Shown here: one piece after another, positions 1 through 8,642 of the stretch
How the letters are laid out: each line of letters begins with the position of its first letter
Numbering within the stretch: position 1 is the stretch's first letter
Assembly (NCBI GenBank): GCA_963764625.1
Contig: CAVXTH010000006.1
Span: 256,001-320,000, forward strand
DNA: 64,000 bases
Direction of reading: 5' to 3'
DNA from: Candidatus Krumholzibacteriota bacterium
Lineage (GTDB): Bacteria; Krumholzibacteriota; Krumholzibacteriia; JAJRXK01
Position numbers and translations under genes: made by a program
Notes under the pieces: model-generated
Told to the model about the DNA's origin: nothing
The model's database searches: none
The model's input: the letters and a program-made list of their open reading frames with translations, nothing else

Positions 1-459
1 CTCGCTGTGGCCCTTTTGCACCAGGTTCGCTGCTCCGGCTTGCCAGCCGTTGAACATGGTATCGGCGATGTTCACGATTCCCCACTGGACACCCGTCATG
101 TTCGTGGCGCGGTTGTACCAGCCCCACTGCATGCCCTCAACGTCGGCGCGGGTGTAGTTCACTACGCTCCATTGGAGGCCGGTGACGTCGCCGTCCACCA
201 CGTTCGCGATTCCCAGGGAGAGTCCGCTGAATGGACCCTTCGTCATCAGCGCGATGCCCACATCGAGACCCATGACTTCGGAATTGCTGCCCGCGATGGC
301 CAGGCGGATCCCGTGGATCGCGGTGGCCTCGGGGAAGAGCTGCACCGAGGGAACCAACGAGAGCTGGATGGGGCGGGCACTCTCGGCCTGCGCCAGACCG
401 GGCAGGAGCAAACCCGTAAGGAGCACGAATGCCAGTGCAAGTCGGGCGGCGCGATTCAT
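1..459 (-). CDS. Secreted surface repeat protein (LA_2272-like 'GxQxGxxN' repeats); runs off the window edge
   Basis: Manual translation from ATG at 459: signal peptide MNRAARLALAFVLLTGLLLPGLAQA, then PIQLSL and repeats GLSLGIAN / GLQWSVVN / GMQWGWYN / GVQWGIVN / GWQAGAAN; GGAGG RBS upstream; absent from the ORF track because it has no stop in the window. Confidence 0.7.
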   Translation of the reverse strand, partial: MNRAARLALAFVLLTGLLLPGLAQAESARPIQLSLVPSVQLFPEATAIHGIRLAIAGSNSEVMGLDVGIALMTKGPFSGLSLGIANVVDGDVTGLQWSVVNYTRADVEGMQWGWYNRATNMTGVQWGIVNIADTMFNGWQAGAANLVQKGHSE

Positions 460-573
460 TGGACGATCCTCCAAGAGAGATGAGATGGTGATATCAGGGG
501 GAATAAGGGGAAGCTAGCACGGAGCGAATCGCCGGAAAAGCCCAATGAGGGACTCCCAGGGCGTTCTCCTTCG

Positions 574-602
574 TTGACAGCTCGTCACGGCGCTGGCAGG
601 AT
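574..602 (+). promoter_or_regulatory. Sigma70-type promoter, probably giving a leaderless BMC-T mRNA
   Basis: TTGACA (574-579), 17 bp, TGG-CAGGAT (597-602), 6 nt, ATG 609; no SD. Confidence 0.55.
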
Positions 603-608
603 CCGCCC

Positions 609-1226
609 ATGATCGATCTGAGAACCTACGCATTTCTGGACGTACTACAGCCCCAACTCGCCGCCGCGGTGGGGACCACCTGCCGTGGATTCCAGCCCGT
701 TCCCGGGGTGGCCTCTCTGTGGGTGGAGATCGCGCCCGCGATCCGGATTCACGAGGTTCTGGACGCCGCCCTCAAGAGCACCGCGGTTCGCCCGGCCACC
801 ATCGCCACCGAGCGCGCTTTCGGTCTCTGCGAACTGAACCACTTCGACCAGGGAGAGGTTCGCGAGGCGGGGGCCGCGATTCTCCGCGCGTTGGGCAAGG
901 CGGAGAGCGACCGCGCGAAACCGCGGGTCGTCTCCTCCACCGTGATTCGCGGGGTCGAGTCCTACCACACCCAGCTCATCAACCGCACTCGCTTCGGCGC
1001 CATGATCGTGCCCGGAGAGTCCCTGCTCATTCTCGAGACCGAGCCCGCGGCGTACTGCATGCTCGCGGCGAATGAGGCGGAGAAGGCGGCTCCGGTGCGA
1101 CTGGTCGATTCCAATCCCATCGGCGCTTTCGGCCGCCTCTACATGTGTGGGGGCGAGGCCGAGATCGATGCGGCGAGAGAGGCCGCCGAAAGGGCCCTGA
1201 AGAACCTGACCGGACGTAAGCTCTGA
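609..1226 (+). CDS. Bacterial microcompartment shell protein, tandem-domain BMC-T (CcmP/CsoS1D-like, double-stacking type)
   Basis: LRTYxFLDxLQPQLA, SLWVEIAP, ERAFGxxExxHFDQGEV, [24 protein letters not shown] motifs; 205 aa. Confidence 0.9.
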   Translation: MIDLRTYAFLDVLQPQLAAAVGTTCRGFQPVPGVASLWVEIAPAIRIHEVLDAALKSTAVRPATIATERAFGLCELNHFDQGEVREAGAAILRALGKAESDRAKPRVVSSTVIRGVESYHTQLINRTRFGAMIVPGESLLILETEPAAYCMLAANEAEKAAPVRLVDSNPIGAFGRLYMCGGEAEIDAAREAAERALKNLTGRKL

Positions 1227-1232
1227 GCTGCG

Positions 1233-2495
1233 CTAGAGGCTGAGCGCGGGCTCTTCGGCGTAGATCTGCACCAGGTTCAATAGGGTCGCCGTGGCCAGGG
1301 CCATCGCCCGATCGCTCACCCACTCTTTGGGCCCGTGGAAGTTCACGCCCCCCGCGAAGAGATTCGGCGTCGGCAGTCCCATCGCGGTGAGCTGGGAACC
1401 GTCCGTGCCACCGCGGATCGCCACCGTTCGGGGCGTCAGCCCCGTGGCTTCGATCGCCAGGCGGAGGGTCTCGGCGATTCTTGGATGCCTGGCGAGTTCG
1501 TCGTGCATGTTGCGGTACTGCTCGCTGATCTCCACTTCGATTCCAAGCTTCGGTTCCTCCGCCACGAGGCTCTCCGCCATAACGCGCAGACGCTGCCCTC
1601 TCATTCTCAATTTCTCGCTTTCGAAATCGCGGAGGATGAGATCGAGACTGCAGACCGCGGCGTCGCCCTTGGCCCCGGTGGGATGGTAGAAGCCCTCTTT
1701 TTCGTGGGTGCACTCCGGACTCTCGGCCATCGGCAGGCGGTCGAGGAACTTACCCATCCAGGTGAGGGCATTGACCATCTTTCCCCGGGCGGTGCCCGGG
1801 TGCACCGAGACTCCGGTGAAGGTCACGGTGGCTTTGTCGGCCGAGAAGGTCTCCAGGTTCATCTCGCCGGGAAAGCCTCCATCGATCGTGAAGCAGAGAT
1901 TGGCTCCGAAGCGCTCCAGAGGAAAGCGGTGCGGTCCCCGACCGATTTCCTCGTCGGGATTGAAGCAGATCTTCAGAGTGGGATGAGGAAGGGAAGGATC
2001 GCTCTGCAGGATCTCCAGCATGCTCATGATCGCCGCGATTCCCGACTTGTCATCGGCGCCCAGAAGGGTGGTGCCGTCGGAGGTGATGATCGTGTCCCCC
2101 AGACATTCCAGGAGCTCCGGGTTCTCCTTGGGGTCGATCACCACTCCGTTCTTCAAGTCGATGGCGTTCCCGGTGTAGTGCTCGTGCAATTGCGGCGCGA
2201 CCCCGCTCCCCGAGAAAGCAGGCGCGGTATCCATGTGCGCGCAAAGCCCCAGCACCGTGTCTCCACTGCCGGGAAGGGTCGCGAGCACGTAGCCATTCTC
2301 GTCCAGCTCCACCGCTTCTAGCCCGAGCTGAGTGAGCTCCTCGACCAGAATCCGGGCCAGATCGAGTTGCTTCGCGGTGGAAGGGCAGGTCTCGCTCTCC
2401 TCGGACGACTGAGTGTCGACCCGTACATATCTTAGAAAACGGTCGAGTAGTCCTGTTGTGGCCAAGATTTTGGCTGGGTCCTGCTGTGCGCGCAT
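1233..2495 (-). CDS. pepT: Peptidase T (tripeptide aminopeptidase, M20B)
   Basis: RFLRYVxxDTQS, AHMDTAP, DGTTLLGADDKSG, PDEEIGRG, IRGGTDG, NFHG motifs. Confidence 0.95.
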   Translation of the reverse strand: MRAQQDPAKILATTGLLDRFLRYVRVDTQSSEESETCPSTAKQLDLARILVEELTQLGLEAVELDENGYVLATLPGSGDTVLGLCAHMDTAPAFSGSGVAPQLHEHYTGNAIDLKNGVVIDPKENPELLECLGDTIITSDGTTLLGADDKSGIAAIMSMLEILQSDPSLPHPTLKICFNPDEEIGRGPHRFPLERFGANLCFTIDGGFPGEMNLETFSADKATVTFTGVSVHPGTARGKMVNALTWMGKFLDRLPMAESPECTHEKEGFYHPTGAKGDAAVCSLDLILRDFESEKLRMRGQRLRVMAESLVAEEPKLGIEVEISEQYRNMHDELARHPRIAETLRLAIEATGLTPRTVAIRGGTDGSQLTAMGLPTPNLFAGGVNFHGPKEWVSDRAMALATATLLNLVQIYAEEPALSL

Positions 2496-2525
2496 GGCTG
2501 ATTCTCCCGCATGGAAGGAAGCGAA

Positions 2526-2558
2526 AGGGGCCCGCCACGCGTCGCGCGACGGGCCCTT
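2526..2558 (-). terminator. Hairpin between transporter and pepT
   Basis: GGGCCCG(T/C)C stem followed by CTTT on the minus strand. Confidence 0.4.
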
Positions 2559-2562
2559 GGAG

Positions 2563-4329
2563 CTAGGCCGCCGCTGTCTCGGCCGGCCGACGTCGAATGA
2601 CGATCTTGTCGTAGAGGAAGAGGATCACCGCGGTGGCGATCCCGATGAGACCGAAGATCAACCACATGGTCCCCGGCTTGTTGATGCCACCCTTTTCGAC
2701 GGGGCCGAAGTGGCCATACAACTGACCGGAGAGGATACCCGCGAAGAGGTTACCGAGCGCCACGCTCACGAAGTAGTAGCCCATGTACATTGCGGTCTTG
2801 CTCTTGGGCGCGATGAGGGAGACGTACTCCTGACTCTTGGGACTCGCCATCATTTCCCCGATCGCAAAGACGAAGATGGCTGCCACCACGATCCAGCCCA
2901 TTCCTCCGTAGACGTTCATCGCCATCCCCACCCCGGTGAGAATGGTGCCGACGATCATGGTGGTGAAGGGCTTGCGTTTGGCGAAGAAGGCCGAAATGAG
3001 CACTTGAAAGAGAATGATCGCACCCGCGTCGATGTTGATGAGGAACTCGGGGTTGATGTTGAACTGAGGGTTCACACCCTCCGCGCGGGTGAGGCTGTGT
3101 AGCATTCCATCCCAGCTGCCGCTCATGCCCAGAGTGTTTATGAGACCGTGCATCCAGTTGAGGATGTCGTTGGTGTTCGTGTAATCACGAATGTACTCCG
3201 GGAGCGTGATGAAGAGCTGATTGAACTCGGTCCAGAAGCCGGACAGCACCAGCAGGTAGAGAGCGAAGCGCCAGTCGCCGATCTTGGCGGTTTGCCAGAG
3301 GCCCTCCGCGTCGTGGCGACCCTTCAGGAACATGTCGACGATGAGATTCCCCACGATGAGTACCGCGATCAGGATTCCCATGTCTTCCCAAGAAATCCAG
3401 TCTCCACCGGCGAGCATGAGCAGGAAGATGGTGCCAACCGTGCTCACGAAAAACGCTCCGTTGCCCAGCACCTCGACCACGTCCTCGCCCGACTTGCGCA
3501 GAAGCAACCTGACTTCGTTGGGAACCACCGCGACGAGAAGCCGGATGGCCAGGCTCAACACCACGAGTCCGGCCAAGGCGATGAGAGTGGGAGTCCAGCC
3601 CAACAGAAATCCGGCTGCGATGAAGGTCGGAGCGCCGCGCAGGATGCCCGCGAAAATCTGCGGCGGACCACTCTTGATGGGACCGTGAACCACATTCGCG
3701 AGTTTCGCCTTGGCTTCCTCGAGCTCTTTGGTCAATGCGGCTTTACGTCCCAGTGGTTCCTTGTAGAACGCGAGCCAGATGAAGTTGCACGCGATCCAGA
3801 TGGAGCTCATGCGGAAGACCCACGGCCATCCCAGATCGTTGCGGACGATTCCCGCCACGATGGGTCCGATGAAGCCGCCGACGTTCACCATCATGTAGAA
3901 GATGCCGAAGCCGAGTGACTTGTCCTTGTCGGCGATGACGTGGCTCACCGTTCCCACCACAACCGGCTTGAAAGTGGCGGCGCCGAGCGCGACCAATAGG
4001 AAGGTGAAAAAGAAGCCCCAGAATCCGTCGGGTTGCCCCATCAGATAGTAGGCCGGGGTCATGATGGCGTAGGCGGTGAAGAAGGTGCGCTTGTACCCGA
4101 ACTTGTCTGCCAGGGCTCCGGTCACGACCGGGAAGAGGTAGAGCAGGAAGGGGATGATCCCCTGGATGATCCCTCGCTTTTCGCTGGTGAGTCCGAGCCC
4201 GCCGGTCTCGACCGAACCGGTCAGGTACAGCGTGGATACGGCATAGAAGCCGTACCAAGCCATGCGCTCGAAAATTTCCATGGTATTCGCAAGCCAGAAG
4301 GCGCTCGGGAATTTCTGAAAGAATGGCAT
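2563..4329 (-). CDS. POT/PTR-family proton-coupled oligopeptide transporter (MFS)
   Basis: EIFERMAWYG (ExxER motif), GALADKFGYK, FYMMVNVG, GEMMASP; start at ATG 4329 with GGAGG RBS. Confidence 0.85.
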   Translation of the reverse strand: MPFFQKFPSAFWLANTMEIFERMAWYGFYAVSTLYLTGSVETGGLGLTSEKRGIIQGIIPFLLYLFPVVTGALADKFGYKRTFFTAYAIMTPAYYLMGQPDGFWGFFFTFLLVALGAATFKPVVVGTVSHVIADKDKSLGFGIFYMMVNVGGFIGPIVAGIVRNDLGWPWVFRMSSIWIACNFIWLAFYKEPLGRKAALTKELEEAKAKLANVVHGPIKSGPPQIFAGILRGAPTFIAAGFLLGWTPTLIALAGLVVLSLAIRLLVAVVPNEVRLLLRKSGEDVVEVLGNGAFFVSTVGTIFLLMLAGGDWISWEDMGILIAVLIVGNLIVDMFLKGRHDAEGLWQTAKIGDWRFALYLLVLSGFWTEFNQLFITLPEYIRDYTNTNDILNWMHGLINTLGMSGSWDGMLHSLTRAEGVNPQFNINPEFLINIDAGAIILFQVLISAFFAKRKPFTTMIVGTILTGVGMAMNVYGGMGWIVVAAIFVFAIGEMMASPKSQEYVSLIAPKSKTAMYMGYYFVSVALGNLFAGILSGQLYGHFGPVEKGGINKPGTMWLIFGLIGIATAVILFLYDKIVIRRRPAETAAA

Positions 4330-4506
4330 GAACGAAACGCCTCCAAGGCTGAGATCGTTAAGCGGAGTTTCGTGGACATTGAAGAAAAGACGGCCAAAGG
4401 TCAAGAACGAGCCTAAAGGAAGTCACCGGCCCCACGACCGGGCCGACCGGCGGGCTCGGTTCCCGGCTCTGGGCGTGAAGGCGCAAGGGGGAAAGGACCA
4501 CGGTTC

Positions 4507-6787
4507 TCAGCTGCGGAAGAGGTACTGGATCTTGAAGAAGAACTGACGGTGATCCTCCCGGAATTCGCTCCGGGGCGGCGGGCCACCGCTGCCCACGAGC
4601 TCCACGTCCTGGGCGCGGTGGCTGCTCCCCAAGTAGAGGGCGGAGAAGGCGTTGATTCGGTAGGAGAGTAGAGGTTCGAGGGTGAGAATTCGGTTGAAAC
4701 TGTCGTACTGCGCAACCAGCCGGAGGAACCATTCACGGCTGAATTGCAGATTGAGTTTGTTGCGCAGCACGTAGCCCGCGAAGATCATCTCGCCGTGTTC
4801 CGGGTAACCCAGTTCCTGGTAGTCCCAGTTGGTCTCGAGCGTCAGTCTCTCCGTCGGTTTCAGAGTGCTCCACGCCGAGGCATCGAATCCATCTCCGAGC
4901 ACGGGGGTCTGAAGATTGCGGGCGATTCGACTCCCGTAGGAGAATGAGAACCCCAGGCCCAAGGCCTCGCTGAATTTGCTGTCGACATTGAGCTCCCAGC
5001 GGCGAATCCCCCGGTAATCGCGGCCGTGGAACCGCTCGTTGGAAAACAGCCAGTCCGCGCTGACCGAGGTCTGCCCCTTCAGATTGGCGCTCATTTGGGG
5101 GACCAGCCACTCGTCCTTGCGAAGACCGCTCCAGTTCCAAACCCTCCCGATGCTCACATTGGGCCGCCACTCTTCCACGATGGGACTGTTCTGGGGGTCG
5201 ATGGTGTAGCCGGTCCAGAAGTCCATTTCGTGCCGGTCGTTGCGAAACACGAAGCCGTTGTCCGAACGAAAGGTGGGGGATGTGGCCCACCAATCGGCGT
5301 CGAAATCCCAGTGGCGGGCGTTCCGCTCGAGGCTCAGGTAGTGGGCGTAGCCGCTGAAGGTCTCTCCGTCGAAGGCGGCGGTGTGCTTTCCTTTGTCGAA
5401 GGTCTCTCCGTCGAGATCCTTGGTGAGTTGGGGATCGTCCGGCTCCTCGGTGTGACTGGCCACGAGCTGGTACTCGAAGCTGTAGTTGTGCAGTAGGCGC
5501 TGCTTCCCATCGATGCCGAAAGTCGTTCCCGAGCCGCCTCCCACTTGCCGGCGGTCGGTGCCCAACACTCCGATGGCGTTGTCGTCGCCGTAGCTGTGCT
5601 TCACCCGGAAGAGATTCGACCACGATCTTCCCGCCAGAACGAACTCGCTTTTCTCCTGAAAGGGGAGGGTGTAGGGAGTGTTTTCGTCCTGGGCGATCAG
5701 ATAGCCGGCACTCTCGTTTGGAGTGCGGGCAGTGAGTTTGCCGGCCCACTGGGGATCGTTGATCGAGCGCGTGTACACCTGATCCACCCAGGTGTCGTAG
5801 AGATCACTCCCTTCCTGGAAGAAGGGCCGCTGTTCGGGAAAGAACAGGGCAAAGGTCGTGTTGACGGCGATCTGCGCCGCGTCGGATTCGACCTGGGAAA
5901 AATCGGGATTGAAGCTGGCCTCGGCCGCGAGGCTGGAGGAGATGGAGTAGCGCGCGCCGACTCCCAGCTCGAGGCCGCTGTCCACGCTCTTCAGCGCGGG
6001 GCTCGTGGGATCGTCGTTCAGCTCCTCGGTGTCGAAGCCCACCAGGGAGGGGAGAATCTCCAGCGCCCCTCCCGCGCTCACGCCCTCGATTCCCTTCAGC
6101 GTCCCGAACTGGCAGATCCAGCACGGGTTCATCCCGATCGACGGCGGACCAGCCGTAGCGTCGACGGCTCGCGCGGGGTTGGTTTCGCCAGAAAGTCGCG
6201 CGCCACTCTTGGACCGGACGATTGGGAAAGCGCAGGCTCTTGAACGGCACCGCCATCTCCATCGCCCAACCATCCTTGCGCAGATTCGCCTCGGTCTTGA
6301 AGACGATGTTGAAACTGAGATCCTCGCCGTTGGGGGTCCAACGCAGATCCCCCTGCACACCAAGCGGGTTCGCGAAGAGCTCGTAGGCCCAGGCGCCCGA
6401 CCCGTAGGTGTCCAGGATGATGCCGACGTAATCGTCGTTCCAAATGCGGTCTCGCTCGGTGAGAGTGGCGCGCACCAGTTTGGGATCGTCCTTCATGAGG
6501 AAGGCGAGGTAGAGATTCTTGTCGTCGTAGGTGATCCAGGCCTCGGTGTCGACCGGGGGCTTCACCTGATCTCCCGGCCAATTCTCGCTCCAGTTGGACG
6601 CTTTGGCGGCCTGGATCCACCCCTCGTCGTCGAGTTTGCCATCGACCACGATCGTTCCCTGTCTGCGGTGGACCGTGAGTTCCGGCTTCACCTGGGCGTA
6701 AAACTGCGCCGACGCGTTCGAGGCGAGCAGGCAGATCCAGAGAATCGCGAGCGAAGAGATTGCGAATCGATGGAATTGAGAGCGCAT
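4507..6787 (-). pseudogene. CBM9-like + DUF5916 outer-membrane protein, one frameshift near 6128 (real or sequencing indel)
   Basis: N-half: signal peptide, IVVDGKLDDEGW, YDDKNLY, RDRIWNDD, EMAVPFKSLRF; C-half: NPDFSQVESDA, LFFPEQRPFFQEG, C-terminal FFFKIQYLF; frames switch at ...GATCGGGATGAACCCGTGC... Confidence 0.8.
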
Positions 6788-6791
6788 GCTC

Positions 6792-6833
6792 GGAGAGTCC
6801 AGTGCGGTTGGAGTCGAACTCATCAAGGAAGGG
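6792..6833 (+). repeat. Copy 1 of a 42-nt dispersed direct repeat (copy 2 at 53696-53737)
   Basis: 39/42 identity, including exact 25-mer CGGTTGGAGTCGAACTCATCAAGGA. Confidence 0.9.
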
Positions 6834-6867
6834 GCGGGAGTGAATCGGCCCAACGGAGCCGTAAATC

Positions 6868-6896
6868 TTAGACGGCGTTTCCACCCAGAATGTTTC
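6868..6896 (-). promoter_or_regulatory. ECF-sigma-type promoter of the DUF5916 gene
   Basis: GAAAC-N17-CGTCTAA on the minus strand, ~80 nt upstream of ATG 6787. Confidence 0.55.
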
Positions 6897-6981
6897 GGGG
6901 AATTTGCGGCGTTCTGGCTCCCAGGGCGAAGGCGTTGGAGTCCACTTCCAGCAGGAACCAACTCGCGAGGGTGCGGGCTCC

Positions 6982-7770
6982 CTATTCCTCGAAAATCCGC
7001 GAGATGCCGCCCAGAATAGAACCCTCCCCCTTGCTGCTCCCGCCGGCGCGCGGCGCGTGCGCGATGACGCGATTCGCTAGACGCGAGAACGGGAGACTCT
7101 GCAGCCACACTTTGCCGTAGCCGTGGAGGGTAGCGAGAAAGAGACCCTCACCTCCGAACACCATGCTCTTGAGATTGCCCGCGCGCGCGATGTCGTACTT
7201 GATTCCAGGAGTGAAGGCGACGAGACAGCCGGTGTCCACCCGCAGGGTGTCACCGTGCATTTCGCGTTCGACCACGGTTCCACCCGCGTGCAGAAACACC
7301 AAGCCGTCTCCATCGAGCCGCTCAAGGATGAACCCCTCGCCCCCGAAGAGTCCGGCTCCGAGCCGCTTGTTCAGGGCGATGCCTAGTTTGGTGCCGAACG
7401 CCGCGCACAGGAACGCGTCCTTCTGACACAGGAGTTCCCCCCGGAGCTTGCTCATGTCGACCGCGACGATCTTGCCGGGGTAGGGGGCCGCGAAGCACAC
7501 TCGGCTCTTGCCGCTTCCCATTGTGTTGGTGAAATGGGTGATGAAGAGGGACTCACCGGTGATCACGCGCTTGCCGGCGCTGAAGAGCTTTCCCATGATG
7601 CCCTCGTCGGCCTGCGAACCGTCACCCATGTGAGCCTGGAAGTCGATCCCCTCCTCCATGTAGTTCATGGCGCCGGCCTCGGCGATGATGGTCTCACCCG
7701 GATCGAGCTCGATCTCGACCATCTGTAGATCGTCGCCAATGATCTCGTAATCGACTTCGTGACAGCGCAT
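6982..7770 (-). CDS. TIGR00266 / AIM24 family protein
   Basis: [56 protein letters not shown]. Confidence 0.9.
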   Translation of the reverse strand: MRCHEVDYEIIGDDLQMVEIELDPGETIIAEAGAMNYMEEGIDFQAHMGDGSQADEGIMGKLFSAGKRVITGESLFITHFTNTMGSGKSRVCFAAPYPGKIVAVDMSKLRGELLCQKDAFLCAAFGTKLGIALNKRLGAGLFGGEGFILERLDGDGLVFLHAGGTVVEREMHGDTLRVDTGCLVAFTPGIKYDIARAGNLKSMVFGGEGLFLATLHGYGKVWLQSLPFSRLANRVIAHAPRAGGSSKGEGSILGGISRIFEE

Positions 7771-7958
7771 GGGTAGCTCCTCATGGAAAGATTGGAACTT
7801 CGAATCTCTAGCGCGCGCGGGTGCGCACAAAATATCCTAAACCTCCTCGGCGACTTCAGAAAGTCCCGATTCGCAAGGTCCATGAGCACCCGGTGGACAA
7901 GCAGGCCGGCTCTAGTATCTTGCTGCGGAGCAGGGTTCCTCCATCGGCGGATGAAACA

Positions 7959-8642
7959 GTGCAAGATGACTCCAGACGAAAGCTCGAGGCTCCCGAGCGG
8001 GTTCGAACCCTCGCGCATTCGCTGCGCGGAACCCTACCCGGAGAGCGGGGTCAACGCCTGATGTGGCCCCAAGGTCTGTCCTCCGATCGCTTCAACCGAC
8101 CGCCTGCCGATGCACGTCTCGCCGCGGTGCTCATTCTGCTCTACGAGAGCGAGGGGCGGATCTGTTTCCCGCTCCAGCGGAGAAAAGAAGTCATCGGTGA
8201 TCCTCACGGGGGACAGATCTCCCTGCCCGGCGGCAGCCGAGAGGGCAACGAGAGAGTGGAAGCCACCGCTCTTCGCGAAGCTCGAGAAGAACTCGGGATC
8301 GAGCCGGAGCGCGTGAGAATCCTGGGAAGATTGAGTCGTCTGTGGATTCCCGTGAGTCACTTCAAGGTGCGGCCGGTCGTGGCGTGGACCGAGTCCGAGC
8401 CGGCCTACCGCCTGGATCCCGGCGAGGTGGAACAGCTCATCGTCTGCTCTCTGGAGGAACTCGAAAGTCCTCAGCGGCTGGTGAAGTTCCGGCGCAGAAT
8501 CGGCGGCAGCGATCGCCACGTCCCTGCCTGGCGTCTCGACGAGGGTTACCTGTGGGGCGCCACCGCGATGATCTTGGCCGAGCTCATTTCGATTGTGCGT
8601 GCTGCGGAAGGTCTTCCTTCGCTTCTTCCGCCACCAGACTGA
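7959..8642 (+). CDS. Nudix hydrolase, CoA pyrophosphatase-like (start uncertain)
   Basis: AAVLILL, HGGQISLPGG, ALREAREELG Nudix box, LWGATAMIL. Confidence 0.9.
   Translation: MQDDSRRKLEAPERVRTLAHSLRGTLPGERGQRLMWPQGLSSDRFNRPPADARLAAVLILLYESEGRICFPLQRRKEVIGDPHGGQISLPGGSREGNERVEATALREAREELGIEPERVRILGRLSRLWIPVSHFKVRPVVAWTESEPAYRLDPGEVEQLIVCSLEELESPQRLVKFRRRIGGSDRHVPAWRLDEGYLWGATAMILAELISIVRAAEGLPSLLPPPD

Noticed and set aside
60-95. Suspected frameshift in the edge surface-repeat gene
   Set aside because: Recount shows CAG TGG GGA ATC in frame; the ORF is simply truncated by the window.
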